Below the pieces are notes generated by a model. That model saw only the letters and a list, made by a program, of their open reading frames with translations, was not told the origin of the DNA and did not search any database. 64,000 bases of DNA from Escherichia coli (GTDB taxonomy: Bacteria; Pseudomonadota; Gammaproteobacteria; Enterobacterales; Enterobacteriaceae): NCBI RefSeq assembly GCF_009931435.1, contig NZ_CP043414.1; one strand, written 5' to 3'. Made by a program: the position numbers and the translations under genes. Shown piece by piece: positions 10,426 through 20,110 of the stretch; position 1 is the stretch's first letter, and the number at the start of each line of letters is the position of its first letter.

Positions 10426-11332
10426 ACTTAGTAGAGATAAACGGAACTGTACTGCCGGGGATCATGGTATCGGGTAGCTTACCGTCCCAACGCTCAGCAG
10501 TGGTGAGGGCAACAAGTCCGGGATTATCCCGCAGAGCTTCACCGCGCAGGCGGATCGCTTCTGCTTCAGCCGCACTTTTTAAACGAATAGTTTCAGCCTC
10601 TGCCGCGCCTCTTACGCGAATAGTCTCAGCTTCTGCTTTGGCTGCCGCCAGTTTACTGTCTGCTTCTGCCTGGGCCTGAGTTACCGCTATTTGCGCCTGG
10701 ATTTTCTCTGTTTCCAGATTTTGCTTACGTGTGGCAATGGCGACTTCTGCTTTCATTCGATCTTCAATCGATTTTTCATAAGCGTCAGAAAAATCAATAT
10801 TTTCAATCTGGACACCATCAATCACCACCGGGCCAACAACGGCTTTACGCATTGCATTTTGCAGATCCTGAACCAGTTTTGTACGATCCTGTACCGCGCT
10901 GATGGCGGTATATTGGCCGAAAACGTTCTCCAGTTGGGTTGGCAGCTGGCGGACGATCAGACGCTCTTTTAAAGATTCAATGGTGTTGTAGGTTGTATAA
11001 ACTGCGCCAGCTTCTGAAGGCTTAATATGAAAACTAACCGACACGGTCATTTGTGCCGGTTGCTGGTCGCGGCTGTAGGCCTGTAATCCCTGATAAACCA
11101 CAGCCTGATTACGCGTGGAAATTTTCTCTACGCTTTCCATAAAAGGGATCTTAAAACCCAGACCCGGCTCGGCAACTTTTACGATTTTTCCGTAGCGCAG
11201 CAAAATGCCGCGTTCACCTTCATTAACGGTGTAATACGAGAGAAATGGCAGCACAACCACGGTAAGCACGCCAATGGCGATAGCAATAGATTTTTGTGGG
11301 CGAAATGAGGTTATTGAAACAGGCGCTTTCAT
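10424..11332 (-). CDS. SPFH/band-7 (prohibitin/stomatin-like) membrane protein
   Basis: 302 aa; N-terminal TM segment, SPFH-like core, C-terminal Ala/Glu-rich repeats (AEAETIRVRGAAEAETIRLKSAAEAEAIRLRGEA); not in the K-12 tktA-cmtB gap as I recall it. Confidence 0.8.
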
Positions 11333-11707
11333 GAGAATCTTCCTTGAGTAAAGTGTGGGAATATGTCACATGAGGTGAGGAGAAAACAGCCAACAGGTGA
11401 GAATTCAGAATCTATAAAGGGGGAGAGCGAAAAACATCGGCTAAAAAAGTATGTTTTCGAACATTCAATAGATAAATAGAGATATGCATCACAAATACAT
11501 AGGCAGATAAAACATTGGTTTTGTGATAAACATAACAAACACAAACTTGACTTTATAAGTATAAATTTCATGTTGTTGTTATTTAACATTTTATTATTTT
11601 GGTTCATGTTTTTTTTCTTCTCGCGTGCCCAATTGCTTTCATTAAATCGCACGAGTATTTTATTTTTACCGCCGGACGGTACCCTAAAAATAAAATAAGG
11701 ATAATTT

Positions 11708-12151
11708 ATGCGGCTTATTGATTATTTTCCAGAATCATCAATCTCAGTTATACATTCAGCAAAAGATTGGCAGGAAGCTATCAATTTCTCGATGGCATCA
11801 TTGCTGGATAAAAACTATATCAGCGAGAATTACATTCAGGCTATTAAAGATTCCACCATTAACAATGGCCCTTATTATATTCTCGCACCAGGCGTGGCAA
11901 TGCCTCATGCGCGACCGGAATGTGGGGCGCTTAAAACCGGGATGTCTTTGACGTTACTTAAACAAGGCGTTTATTTTCCGGGGAATGACGAACCGATTAA
12001 ATTACTTATCGGTCTTTCTGCTGCCGATGCCGATTCGCACATTGGCGCTATTCAGGCGTTAAGTGAATTGCTGTGCGAAGAAGAAATACTTGAACAACTC
12101 TTAACTGCAACATCAGAAAAACAATTAGCGGACATTATCAGCCGCGAATAA
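11708..12151 (+). CDS. cmtB: cryptic mannitol-family PTS EIIA
   Basis: 147 aa; synteny with cmtA. Confidence 0.9.
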   Translation: MRLIDYFPESSISVIHSAKDWQEAINFSMASLLDKNYISENYIQAIKDSTINNGPYYILAPGVAMPHARPECGALKTGMSLTLLKQGVYFPGNDEPIKLLIGLSAADADSHIGAIQALSELLCEEEILEQLLTATSEKQLADIISRE

Positions 12152-12178
12152 TGACTCTCTCCTCTACAGGATAATATT

Positions 12179-13567
12179 ATGGAAAACAAGTCTGCTCGTG
12201 CAAAGGTCCAGGCTTTTGGGGGCTTTTTGACGGCAATGGTCATCCCCAATATTGGTGCTTTTATTGCCTGGGGTTTTATTACTGCATTATTTATTCCTAC
12301 TGGTTGGCTGCCTAACGAACATTTCGCCAAAATTGTCGGCCCGATGATTACCTATTTATTGCCCGTAATGATTGGTTCTACCGGTGGCCATTTAGTCGGC
12401 GGTAAACGCGGCGCAGTCATGGGCGGAATAGGGACAATTGGTGTAATCGTCGGCGCAGAAATCCCGATGTTCCTTGGTTCAATGATCATGGGACCGTTAG
12501 GTGGGCTGGTCATAAAATATGTCGATAAGGCACTGGAAAAACGCATACCTGCTGGTTTTGAGATGGTTATCAATAACTTCTCATTAGGTATCACCGGGAT
12601 GCTCCTTTGTCTGCTGGGTTTTGAAGTTATCGGCCCGGCGGTGTTAATTGCCAATACTTTCGTCAAAGAGTGTATTGAGGCGCTGGTACATGCGGGCTAT
12701 CTGCCTTTGCTGTCAGTCATCAATGAACCGGCGAAAGTGCTTTTCCTCAATAACGCGATAGATCAGGGCGTCTATTACCCGTTGGGGATGCAACAGGCTT
12801 CAGTTAACGGTAAATCCATCTTCTTTATGGTGGCGTCCAACCCTGGGCCTGGCTTAGGACTGCTGCTGGCGTTTACTTTGTTTGGTAAAGGGATGAGTAA
12901 ACGTTCTGCGCCCGGGGCGATGATTATTCACTTCCTCGGTGGGATCCACGAACTGTATTTCCCGTATGTGCTGATGAAGCCGCTGACCATTATTGCCATG
13001 ATTGCCGGCGGTATGTCTGGCACCTGGATGTTTAACTTACTGGACGGTGGTCTGGTGGCTGGTCCAAGTCCGGGGTCTATCTTTGCTTACCTTGCACTGA
13101 CGCCGAAAGGCTCGTTCCTGGCGACAATTGCCGGTGTTACGGTAGGTACCCTGGTGTCCTTTGCTATCACTTCCGTAATACTGAAGATGGAAAAAACGGT
13201 GGAAACGGAGAGCGAAGATGAGTTTGTGCAGTCCGCCAATGCGGTTAAGGCGATGAAACAAGAAGGTACATTCTCGTTAAGCCGGGTTAAGCGTATCGCC
13301 TTTGTTTGCGATGCGGGAATGGGCTCTAGCGCGATGGGCGCAACCACCTTCCGTAAGCGCCTGGAAAAAGCGGGGCTGGCAATAGAAGTAAAACATTACG
13401 CGATAGAAAACGTGCCTGCAGATGTGGATATCGTCGTTACTCACGCTAGTCTGGAAGGGCGCGTGAAACGTGTGACGGATAAACCGCTGATATTGATTAA
13501 TAACTATATTGGCGATCCCAAACTCGACACTTTATTTAATCAATTAACCGCTGAACATAAAAACTGA
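12179..13567 (+). CDS. cmtA: cryptic mannitol-family PTS EIICB
   Basis: 462 aa membrane protein with C-terminal EIIB domain. Confidence 0.9.
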   Translation: MENKSARAKVQAFGGFLTAMVIPNIGAFIAWGFITALFIPTGWLPNEHFAKIVGPMITYLLPVMIGSTGGHLVGGKRGAVMGGIGTIGVIVGAEIPMFLGSMIMGPLGGLVIKYVDKALEKRIPAGFEMVINNFSLGITGMLLCLLGFEVIGPAVLIANTFVKECIEALVHAGYLPLLSVINEPAKVLFLNNAIDQGVYYPLGMQQASVNGKSIFFMVASNPGPGLGLLLAFTLFGKGMSKRSAPGAMIIHFLGGIHELYFPYVLMKPLTIIAMIAGGMSGTWMFNLLDGGLVAGPSPGSIFAYLALTPKGSFLATIAGVTVGTLVSFAITSVILKMEKTVETESEDEFVQSANAVKAMKQEGTFSLSRVKRIAFVCDAGMGSSAMGATTFRKRLEKAGLAIEVKHYAIENVPADVDIVVTHASLEGRVKRVTDKPLILINNYIGDPKLDTLFNQLTAEHKN

Positions 13568-13581
13568 TTGCCGAGGTAAAA

Positions 13582-14859
13582 ATGAAAACCAAAGTTGTTG
13601 CTATTTATGGCAAGCGGGATGTCCGTCTGCGCGAATTTGAACTGCCCAAAATTACCGATAATGAACTGCTGGTGAGTGTAATTTCTGACAGTGTGTGTTT
13701 ATCGACCTGGAAAGCGGCGTTACTCGGTAGCGAACATAAACGCGTGCCCGACGATTTAGAAAATCATCCGGTCATTACCGGGCATGAATGTGCCGGGATT
13801 ATTGTTGAAGTGGGGAAAAATCTTACCGACAAATATAAAAAAGGCCAACGTTTTGTATTGCAACCGGCGATGGGGCTACCAAGCGGGTATTCTGCGGGAT
13901 ACAGCTACGAATATTTTGGCGGTAACGCCACCTATATGATTATTCCAGAGGTAGCCATTAATTTGGGCTGCGTATTACCGTATCACGGATCTTATTTTGC
14001 TGCGGCGTCGCTGGCAGAGCCGATGTGCTGCATTATTGGCGCTTATCATGCCAATTATCACACCACGCAATATGTTTATGAGCATCGCATGGGCGTCAAA
14101 CCTGGCGGCAATATTGCGCTGCTGGCGTGTGCGGGCCCGATGGGGATAGGCGCTATCGATTACGCTATTCACGGCGGCATACAACCGTCGCGGGTAGTGG
14201 TGGTCGATATCGACGACAAACGCCTGGCACAGGTGCAGAAGCTGCTGCCGGTGGAGCTGGCGGCCAGCAAAGGCATTGAGCTGATATATGTGAATACCAA
14301 AGGAATGGCCGATCCGGTACAGAAGCTGCGGGCGCTGACAGGAGATGCTGGGTTCGATGACATTTTTGTTTATGCGGCGGTGCCTGCTGTCGTTGAGATG
14401 GCTGACGAATTACTGGCGGAAGATGGCTGCCTGAACTTCTTTGCCGGGCCGACGGATAAAAACTTCAAAGTGCCGTTTAATTTCTACAACGTCCATTACA
14501 ACAGCACGCACGTCGTCGGTACATCGGGTGGTTCAACGGACGATATGAAAGAGGCGATTGCCCTGAGCGCCACGGGGCAGTTGCAACCGTCGTTTATGGT
14601 GACGCATATCGGTGGCCTGGATGCAGTGCCAGAAACCGTTCTCAATTTACCGGATATCCCCGGTGGTAAAAAACTCATTTACAACGGCGTTACCATGCCG
14701 CTCACCGCCATTGCCGATTTTGCCGAAAAAGGCAAAACCGATCCGCTGTTTAAAGAGCTGGCGCGGTTAGTTGAGGAAACGCACGGCATCTGGAATGAAC
14801 AGGCCGAGAAATATCTGCTGGCACAATTTGGCGTTGATATCGGGGAGGCCGCGCAATGA
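13582..14859 (+). CDS. yggP: zinc-type alcohol/polyol dehydrogenase family protein
   Basis: 425 aa; MDR-family features; synteny. Confidence 0.85.
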   Translation: MKTKVVAIYGKRDVRLREFELPKITDNELLVSVISDSVCLSTWKAALLGSEHKRVPDDLENHPVITGHECAGIIVEVGKNLTDKYKKGQRFVLQPAMGLPSGYSAGYSYEYFGGNATYMIIPEVAINLGCVLPYHGSYFAAASLAEPMCCIIGAYHANYHTTQYVYEHRMGVKPGGNIALLACAGPMGIGAIDYAIHGGIQPSRVVVVDIDDKRLAQVQKLLPVELAASKGIELIYVNTKGMADPVQKLRALTGDAGFDDIFVYAAVPAVVEMADELLAEDGCLNFFAGPTDKNFKVPFNFYNVHYNSTHVVGTSGGSTDDMKEAIALSATGQLQPSFMVTHIGGLDAVPETVLNLPDIPGGKKLIYNGVTMPLTAIADFAEKGKTDPLFKELARLVEETHGIWNEQAEKYLLAQFGVDIGEAAQ

Positions 14860-15821
14860 TGTCCCTGGCGTGGCCATTATTTCGCGTTACGGAGCAGGCA
14901 GCGTTGGCTGCCTGGCCGCAAACCGGATGTGGCAACAAAAATAAAATTGATGGCCTGGCGGTCACCGCGATGCGCCAGGCATTAAACGATGTCGCTTTTC
15001 GTGGGCGAGTGGTTATCGGCGAGGGAGAAATTGACCATGCGCCGATGCTGTGGATTGGCGAAGAGGTGGGCAAAGGCGATGGGCCAGAAGTCGATATCGC
15101 GGTTGATCCCATTGAAGGTACGCGGATGGTGGCGATGGGGCAGAGCAATGCGCTGGCGGTCATGGCTTTCGCCCCTCGAGATAGCCTGTTACACGCGCCC
15201 GATATGTATATGAAAAAACTGGTTGTTAATCGGCTGGCGGCGGGCGCGATTGATCTGTCTTTGCCTCTGGCGGACAACTTGCGCAACGTGGCGAAAGCGT
15301 TGGGCAAACCGCTGGACCAGCTACGTATGGTTACGCTAGATAAACCGCGCCTGAGAGCCGCAATTGAGGAAGCGACACAACTGGGCGTGAAGGTTTTTGC
15401 CCTGCCGGATGGCGATGTCGCCGCCAGCGTGCTGACCTGCTGGCAAGATAATCCTTACGACGTGATGTACACCATCGGTGGCGCGCCGGAAGGTGTTATT
15501 TCTGCCTGTGCTGTTAAAGCATTGGGTGGGGATATGCAGGCCGAGCTGATTGATTTTTGTCAGGCAAAAGGGGATTACACGGAAAATCGGCAGATTGCAG
15601 AGCAGGAGCGCAAGCGTTGCAAGGAAATGGGCGTTGACGTTAACCGTGTGTACTCGCTCGATGAACTGGTGAGGGGGAACGATATCCTCTTTAGCGCTAC
15701 GGGCGTGACGGGCGGTGAGTTGGTGAACGGTATCCAACAGACGGCGAATGGGGTGCGGACGCAGACATTACTGATCGGCGGCGCGGACCAAACGTGTAAT
15801 ATAATAGACTCCCTGCATTGA
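14856..15821 (+). CDS. yggF: class II fructose-1,6-bisphosphatase (GlpX paralog)
   Basis: 321 aa; start overlaps yggP stop (ATGATG); GlpX-like. Confidence 0.85.
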   Translation: MMSLAWPLFRVTEQAALAAWPQTGCGNKNKIDGLAVTAMRQALNDVAFRGRVVIGEGEIDHAPMLWIGEEVGKGDGPEVDIAVDPIEGTRMVAMGQSNALAVMAFAPRDSLLHAPDMYMKKLVVNRLAAGAIDLSLPLADNLRNVAKALGKPLDQLRMVTLDKPRLRAAIEEATQLGVKVFALPDGDVAASVLTCWQDNPYDVMYTIGGAPEGVISACAVKALGGDMQAELIDFCQAKGDYTENRQIAEQERKRCKEMGVDVNRVYSLDELVRGNDILFSATGVTGGELVNGIQQTANGVRTQTLLIGGADQTCNIIDSLH

Positions 15822-15842
15822 TGGTGATCTATCGGAAGACCA

Positions 15843-16352
15843 ATGGCGACGCTGACAGAAGATGATGTGCTTGAGCAACTGGACGCACAGGACAATTTAT
15901 TGTCATTTATGAGAACTACACATGTCATTTTGCTCCAGGGGATACGCCAGTTTCTGCCGTCGCTGTTTGTCGATAATGATGAAGAGATCGTGGAATATGC
16001 AGTGAAGCCGTTACTCGCTCAAAGCGGCCCGCTTGACGATATTGATGTTGCGCTACGTTTGATTTTTGCGCTGGGGAAAATGGACAAATGGCTGTATGCC
16101 GATATCACGCACTTTTCCCAGTTCTGGCATTACCTGAATGAACAGGATGAAACGCCCGGATTTGCCGATGACATTACCTGGGATTTTATCAGCAACGTCA
16201 ATAGCATAACCCGCAATGCGACGCTCTATGACGCGTTAAAAGCGATGAAGTTCGCTGATTTCGCCGTCTGGTCAGAGGTGCGTTTTAGTGGGATGGTCAA
16301 AACGGCGCTGACGCTGGCAGTAACGACCACCTTAAAGGAATTAACGCCGTGA
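15843..16352 (+). CDS. yggD: MtlR-like transcriptional regulator
   Basis: 169 aa; synteny. Confidence 0.8.
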   Translation: MATLTEDDVLEQLDAQDNLLSFMRTTHVILLQGIRQFLPSLFVDNDEEIVEYAVKPLLAQSGPLDDIDVALRLIFALGKMDKWLYADITHFSQFWHYLNEQDETPGFADDITWDFISNVNSITRNATLYDALKAMKFADFAVWSEVRFSGMVKTALTLAVTTTLKELTP

Positions 16353-17062
16353 AAATCGAACTGACGGTGAATGGATTGAAGGTACAGGCGCAGTACCCGA
16401 ACGAAGAGATTGAAAATGTGCATAAACCGTTGCTGCGTATGCTGGCAGCCTTACAGACGGTAAATCCGCAGCGGCGTACCGTGGTTTTTCTTTGCGCTCC
16501 GCCGGGGACGGGTAAATCTACCCTAACCACTTTCTGGGAATATCTCGCGCAACAAGACCCGGAACTACCCGCTATTCAGACGCTGCCGATGGATGGTTTT
16601 CACCATTACAATAGCTGGCTGGATGCGCATCAATTGCGCCCCTTTAAAGGCGCACCAGAGACATTCGATGTGGCAAAACTGGCGGAAAATCTGCGCCAGG
16701 TAATGGAAGGGGATTGTACGTGGCCGCAGTACGATCGACAAAAGCATGATCCTGTTGAAGATGCGTTGCACGTTACCGCACCACTCGTCATCGTCGAAGG
16801 AAACTGGTTGTTGCTGGATGACGAGAAGTGGCGCCAGCTTGCGCAATTTTGTGATTTCTCGATCTTTATCAACGCGCCAGCTACTGCGTTGCGGGAACGA
16901 CTGGTGGGGCGCAAGCTGGCGGGAGGGTTATCGCTGGCAGACGCAGAAGCCTTTTATGACCGTACCGATGGGCCGAATGTTCGCCGGGTGCTGGAAGAGA
17001 GTCTGCCTGCAAATTTGACCTTAATGATGACCGCTACGGGTGAATATCGTCTGGTGGATTAA
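16349..17062 (+). CDS. yggC: P-loop nucleoside/sugar kinase-family protein
   Basis: 237 aa; GTG start; Walker A PPGTGKST. Confidence 0.85.
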   Translation: MKIELTVNGLKVQAQYPNEEIENVHKPLLRMLAALQTVNPQRRTVVFLCAPPGTGKSTLTTFWEYLAQQDPELPAIQTLPMDGFHHYNSWLDAHQLRPFKGAPETFDVAKLAENLRQVMEGDCTWPQYDRQKHDPVEDALHVTAPLVIVEGNWLLLDDEKWRQLAQFCDFSIFINAPATALRERLVGRKLAGGLSLADAEAFYDRTDGPNVRRVLEESLPANLTLMMTATGEYRLVD

Positions 17063-17711
17063 CGTTCCTGATTACACCATCTTCCAGTCGCACCACACGA
17101 GAGAAATGACGCCGGGTAAATGCGGCGTCATGACTGATTGCTACGACGCTCGTGCCTCGCTGGCGGCACTTTTCCAGCCAGCTTTCAAACACGCTCATCC
17201 AATTTTCGTCAAAATCCCGACTCGGCTCGTCCAGCAGCAATAGCGGCGGAGAGAGTGCTTCCAGGCAGGCGACGGCGACCATCCGTCGCTGCGCACTATG
17301 CAGATCTAACGGATGCGCGCTGGCAGTGTCTGCTAACTGACAGCATTGCAGGGCAGCATTGGTACGTTGAGTGATTTCATCCGCCAGGCATTTTTGCAGT
17401 TTCAAACCAAATGCGATCTCGTCAGCGACGGTGCTGTGAAAAAGCTGGTTTTCCGCTTCCTGAAACAGTACGCCAATCTTTGCTGCACGTTGGCGGTTTT
17501 TCAGGTTTTTCATCGCCTGTTGTTGCAGCATAACCGTACCGGCTGTGGGCGTAAGAAGACCTGCCATTACTCGTAACAGCGTCGATTTTCCCGCGCCATT
17601 GTCGCCGGTCAGCGCCAACCATTCACCTTGTTTGAGTTGCAGAGAAATGTCGCAAAGACAATCCGTTGCCGCGCCAGGCCAGCGATAAGACATCTGATTT
17701 AACGTTAACAT
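17034..17711 (-). CDS. ABC/ECF transporter ATPase subunit with degenerate signature motif
   Basis: Walker A GDNGAGKST; signature position reads LHSAQ instead of LSGGQ; Walker B LLLLDEPS; ATG 17711 (ORF track starts at GTG 17744); 3' end overlaps yggC by 29 bp. Confidence 0.8.
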   Translation of the reverse strand: MLTLNQMSYRWPGAATDCLCDISLQLKQGEWLALTGDNGAGKSTLLRVMAGLLTPTAGTVMLQQQAMKNLKNRQRAAKIGVLFQEAENQLFHSTVADEIAFGLKLQKCLADEITQRTNAALQCCQLADTASAHPLDLHSAQRRMVAVACLEALSPPLLLLDEPSRDFDENWMSVFESWLEKCRQRGTSVVAISHDAAFTRRHFSRVVRLEDGVIRNVNPPDDIHP

Positions 17712-18382
17712 AGTGGCTGGAGCGCTCCGTTTTGCAATTGCCACGCTTGCTGGCAGTAGTTCAGGAAAGGTGTGCGATGACGTTCAAAAAGAATAATCAG
17801 CGAACCACGTTCAAACGCCCAGTGTTGTAAGCGCTGCAACAGCATTTCGCTGGCCTGCGGCGTCAGGCGACTAAAGGCTTCATCAAGAATTAATAGTTTT
17901 GGCTGCATCGCGATGGCGCAGGCGATGACCACGCGCTGTGTCTCTCCACCGGAGAGTGTTGCCGGGTGACGATGGCGCAACGGCTGGCACTCGGTCAGAG
18001 TCAGGGCAGCATCAATCCGCGCCATAATCTCCTCTTCAGCAAGACACAGATTTTCTGGCCCAAAGGCAACTTCTTCTTCCACGCTAAAGGTACAGCCGGA
18101 GAGCTGCAAATAGGGCGATTGCTGAACGAGCTGGATGGTGGCGGATTGTTCATTAAGCGGGAGATACCCAATGGGCGTACCGAGAAGCGTCCCCGTGCCG
18201 GTTATCTCTCCTGGCAGAAAGTCCGGATACCAGCCCGCCATCAGTTGCGCCAGCGTACTTTTGCCACTGCCGTTGTCACCAAAGATGGCGACTATCCCCG
18301 GTTTGACATAGTGAAAGTCATAACAGAACGGAGGGTGCGTTGAGTGTGTCGGGCAATAGCGAAACTGTTCTAACGTAACCAT
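17705..18382 (-). CDS. ABC/ECF transporter ATPase subunit (near-canonical)
   Basis: Walker A GDNGSGKST, signature LSGGETQR, Walker B LLILDEAF; start either ATG 18382 or GTG 18388, both overlapping the upstream T gene. Confidence 0.8.
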   Translation of the reverse strand: MVTLEQFRYCPTHSTHPPFCYDFHYVKPGIVAIFGDNGSGKSTLAQLMAGWYPDFLPGEITGTGTLLGTPIGYLPLNEQSATIQLVQQSPYLQLSGCTFSVEEEVAFGPENLCLAEEEIMARIDAALTLTECQPLRHRHPATLSGGETQRVVIACAIAMQPKLLILDEAFSRLTPQASEMLLQRLQHWAFERGSLIILFERHRTPFLNYCQQAWQLQNGALQPLC

Positions 18383-19077
18383 ATCCACGCTCCGAATTCT
18401 GCCAGCATCAGCAAGATCATGGCGTAACGTGCCACTTTTTCCAGGTTACTGTCAGGCGGTGCCCATAACGTAGTGCGCCGGTTGTGGATCCGAAATGCCC
18501 GCATATCCAGCGCCGCACCACGGATAGCCAGATCGTTTAGCGCATTGTGTGTTAGCGGAATAATTAGCGCGGGTATAGCACGTAAACGCTGATACCAGCC
18601 CTCATCCAGCGGCACCCCACGGGCGCGCTGCGCTTCATGAATAATCGCTAATTGCCGTTTTAACTGCTCAACGACCAACAAAGGCCCAGCGAACAGATAA
18701 GCGACGCCCGGCGGCAGGCGAGAAGCAAACAAAGCGCGGATAAAACGTTGCACTGGGACGAATTGCATCCACAACTGCGAGGTTGAAACAATCGCCAGAA
18801 TCCGCAACCAGAGCGTAATAGCATGCGTCCACCGTTCTGGCGAGCGTGGCGTGCCGCTTAGCCATTCTGTCAGCCAGCCACCGTGTACCAGCCACAGTCC
18901 AGCCCCCAGCGAGAACATCAGCCAGACAACATATTTTACCCGCCGCCGCGTGGCCTTTAGCGCAATAAGGCAGAAAAAGGTCGCCGCGCTATAGAATGGC
19001 AGTATTGTCTGTGTGGGCAGGATAAGCGTGGTGCAGGCCGCCAGCGCCCACAGCGTTAGGGATGTAAACGGATGCAT
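18370..19077 (-). CDS. ECF transporter transmembrane (T/CbiQ-family) component
   Basis: 235 aa polytopic membrane protein with Ala-Arg-Gly-type coupling motifs (QRARGVP, AIRGAALD); ATG directly follows the upstream TAA. Confidence 0.75.
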   Translation of the reverse strand: MHPFTSLTLWALAACTTLILPTQTILPFYSAATFFCLIALKATRRRVKYVVWLMFSLGAGLWLVHGGWLTEWLSGTPRSPERWTHAITLWLRILAIVSTSQLWMQFVPVQRFIRALFASRLPPGVAYLFAGPLLVVEQLKRQLAIIHEAQRARGVPLDEGWYQRLRAIPALIIPLTHNALNDLAIRGAALDMRAFRIHNRRTTLWAPPDSNLEKVARYAMILLMLAEFGAWIWLR

Positions 19078-19656
19078 TTAGCGCACGGCAGCCATTGCCG
19101 GAAAATGGCGCGTGGTGCGAATCGGCAGCTGACGCAGTAAAAGCCAGACAATCACCGCTGTAAGAATTTTATCGACCAGGTTTGCGCCTATCACCGTAAT
19201 CGCCACCGACTCCACCAGGTTTTGCCCCATAGAGTGCATCCAGGCAACGAACAAATCGGCTCCGCTACCGGTGACACCGCCGAACAGCGCAGTACGCAGC
19301 GGTACAGCGACGACCGTTACTGCAAGCGTAATAATCACGCCGCTGACAACGACTTTTGGCAGGGTGCGAAACCAACCCGCTCGCGCCAGCCAACCGGCGA
19401 CCAGGCCAATAACCATCGCCACGGGGGCAAAGGCGGCGGCGATCGGGTCGGTGAGCAATCCCCAGAGTAAATTGGTCAGTAAGCCGGTCAGCATCCCGAT
19501 CACCGGACCAAGCAGTACCGCGCTAATAAGTGTGCCGATGGAGTCGAGAAATATAGGTAATTTGACCATGCTGGCCAGTTGCCCGCCAATCATATTGATG
19601 GCGATAGAGATAACAATCAACACCAGTGCTTGACTGGAAAAGTGGCGACGCGCCAT
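19078..19656 (-). CDS. ECF transporter substrate-capture (S) component, substrate unknown
   Basis: 192 aa from MARRHFSS (ATG 19656, GAGAGG upstream); about 6 predicted TM segments; AVLLGPVIG motif as in S components; the ORF-track N-terminal extension would overlap the upstream gene. Confidence 0.7.
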   Translation of the reverse strand: MARRHFSSQALVLIVISIAINMIGGQLASMVKLPIFLDSIGTLISAVLLGPVIGMLTGLLTNLLWGLLTDPIAAAFAPVAMVIGLVAGWLARAGWFRTLPKVVVSGVIITLAVTVVAVPLRTALFGGVTGSGADLFVAWMHSMGQNLVESVAITVIGANLVDKILTAVIVWLLLRQLPIRTTRHFPAMAAVR

Positions 19657-19678
19657 AAGAAAACCTCTCTGAAAGTAG

Positions 19679-20110
19679 TTATTTAACGGGGGAAATATGC
19701 AATTCGTCGTAACCAGAAAGCGCGCAAGGTTGGCGGCTAAACGCCAGCTCCTCAAGGCAGCCGATCACCAGTTCAAGCGTGGTCCGCACGGTACAGCCGG
19801 GCATCATATGACCGCCAAGCATCGTGCCGTGTGGATCGGAAACGCAGAGATGAAGATGTTCACCACTCTGTTCCAGTGTGCCGTTCAATGCGATGACTTC
19901 GAACTTACCGCTTAGTAGGGCCGTGTTTTCTTGCCCGGCATAGCGTAAGGCGACGTCAGTCAGACTGCCGGTACAACCTGCAATCCACGCGGCGTGGAGT
20001 TGTTGTTGCTGCGCGAAGGCGCGTAATTGGGAGAGAACTTCCTGCCCTGGGAGCAGGCGCAGCGCGTAAAAGCGTGCGGAGGAAGAATATGGGTAGGGCA
20101 ATGTCATCAT
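19679..20110 (-). CDS. PPC/DUF296-domain protein (predicted DNA-binding)
   Basis: 143 aa; first gene of the operon, GGAG upstream of ATGATG; my recollection is that this resembles bacterial PCC-domain proteins. Confidence 0.6.
   Translation of the reverse strand: MMTLPYPYSSSARFYALRLLPGQEVLSQLRAFAQQQQLHAAWIAGCTGSLTDVALRYAGQENTALLSGKFEVIALNGTLEQSGEHLHLCVSDPHGTMLGGHMMPGCTVRTTLELVIGCLEELAFSRQPCALSGYDELHISPVK

Noticed and set aside
11329-11652. 107-codon ORF upstream of the SPFH gene whose stop overlaps the SPFH start (ATGA)
   Set aside because: Translation is low-complexity (N/K/F/C/L-rich) as expected from AT-rich non-coding DNA; no convincing RBS; more likely promoter region.
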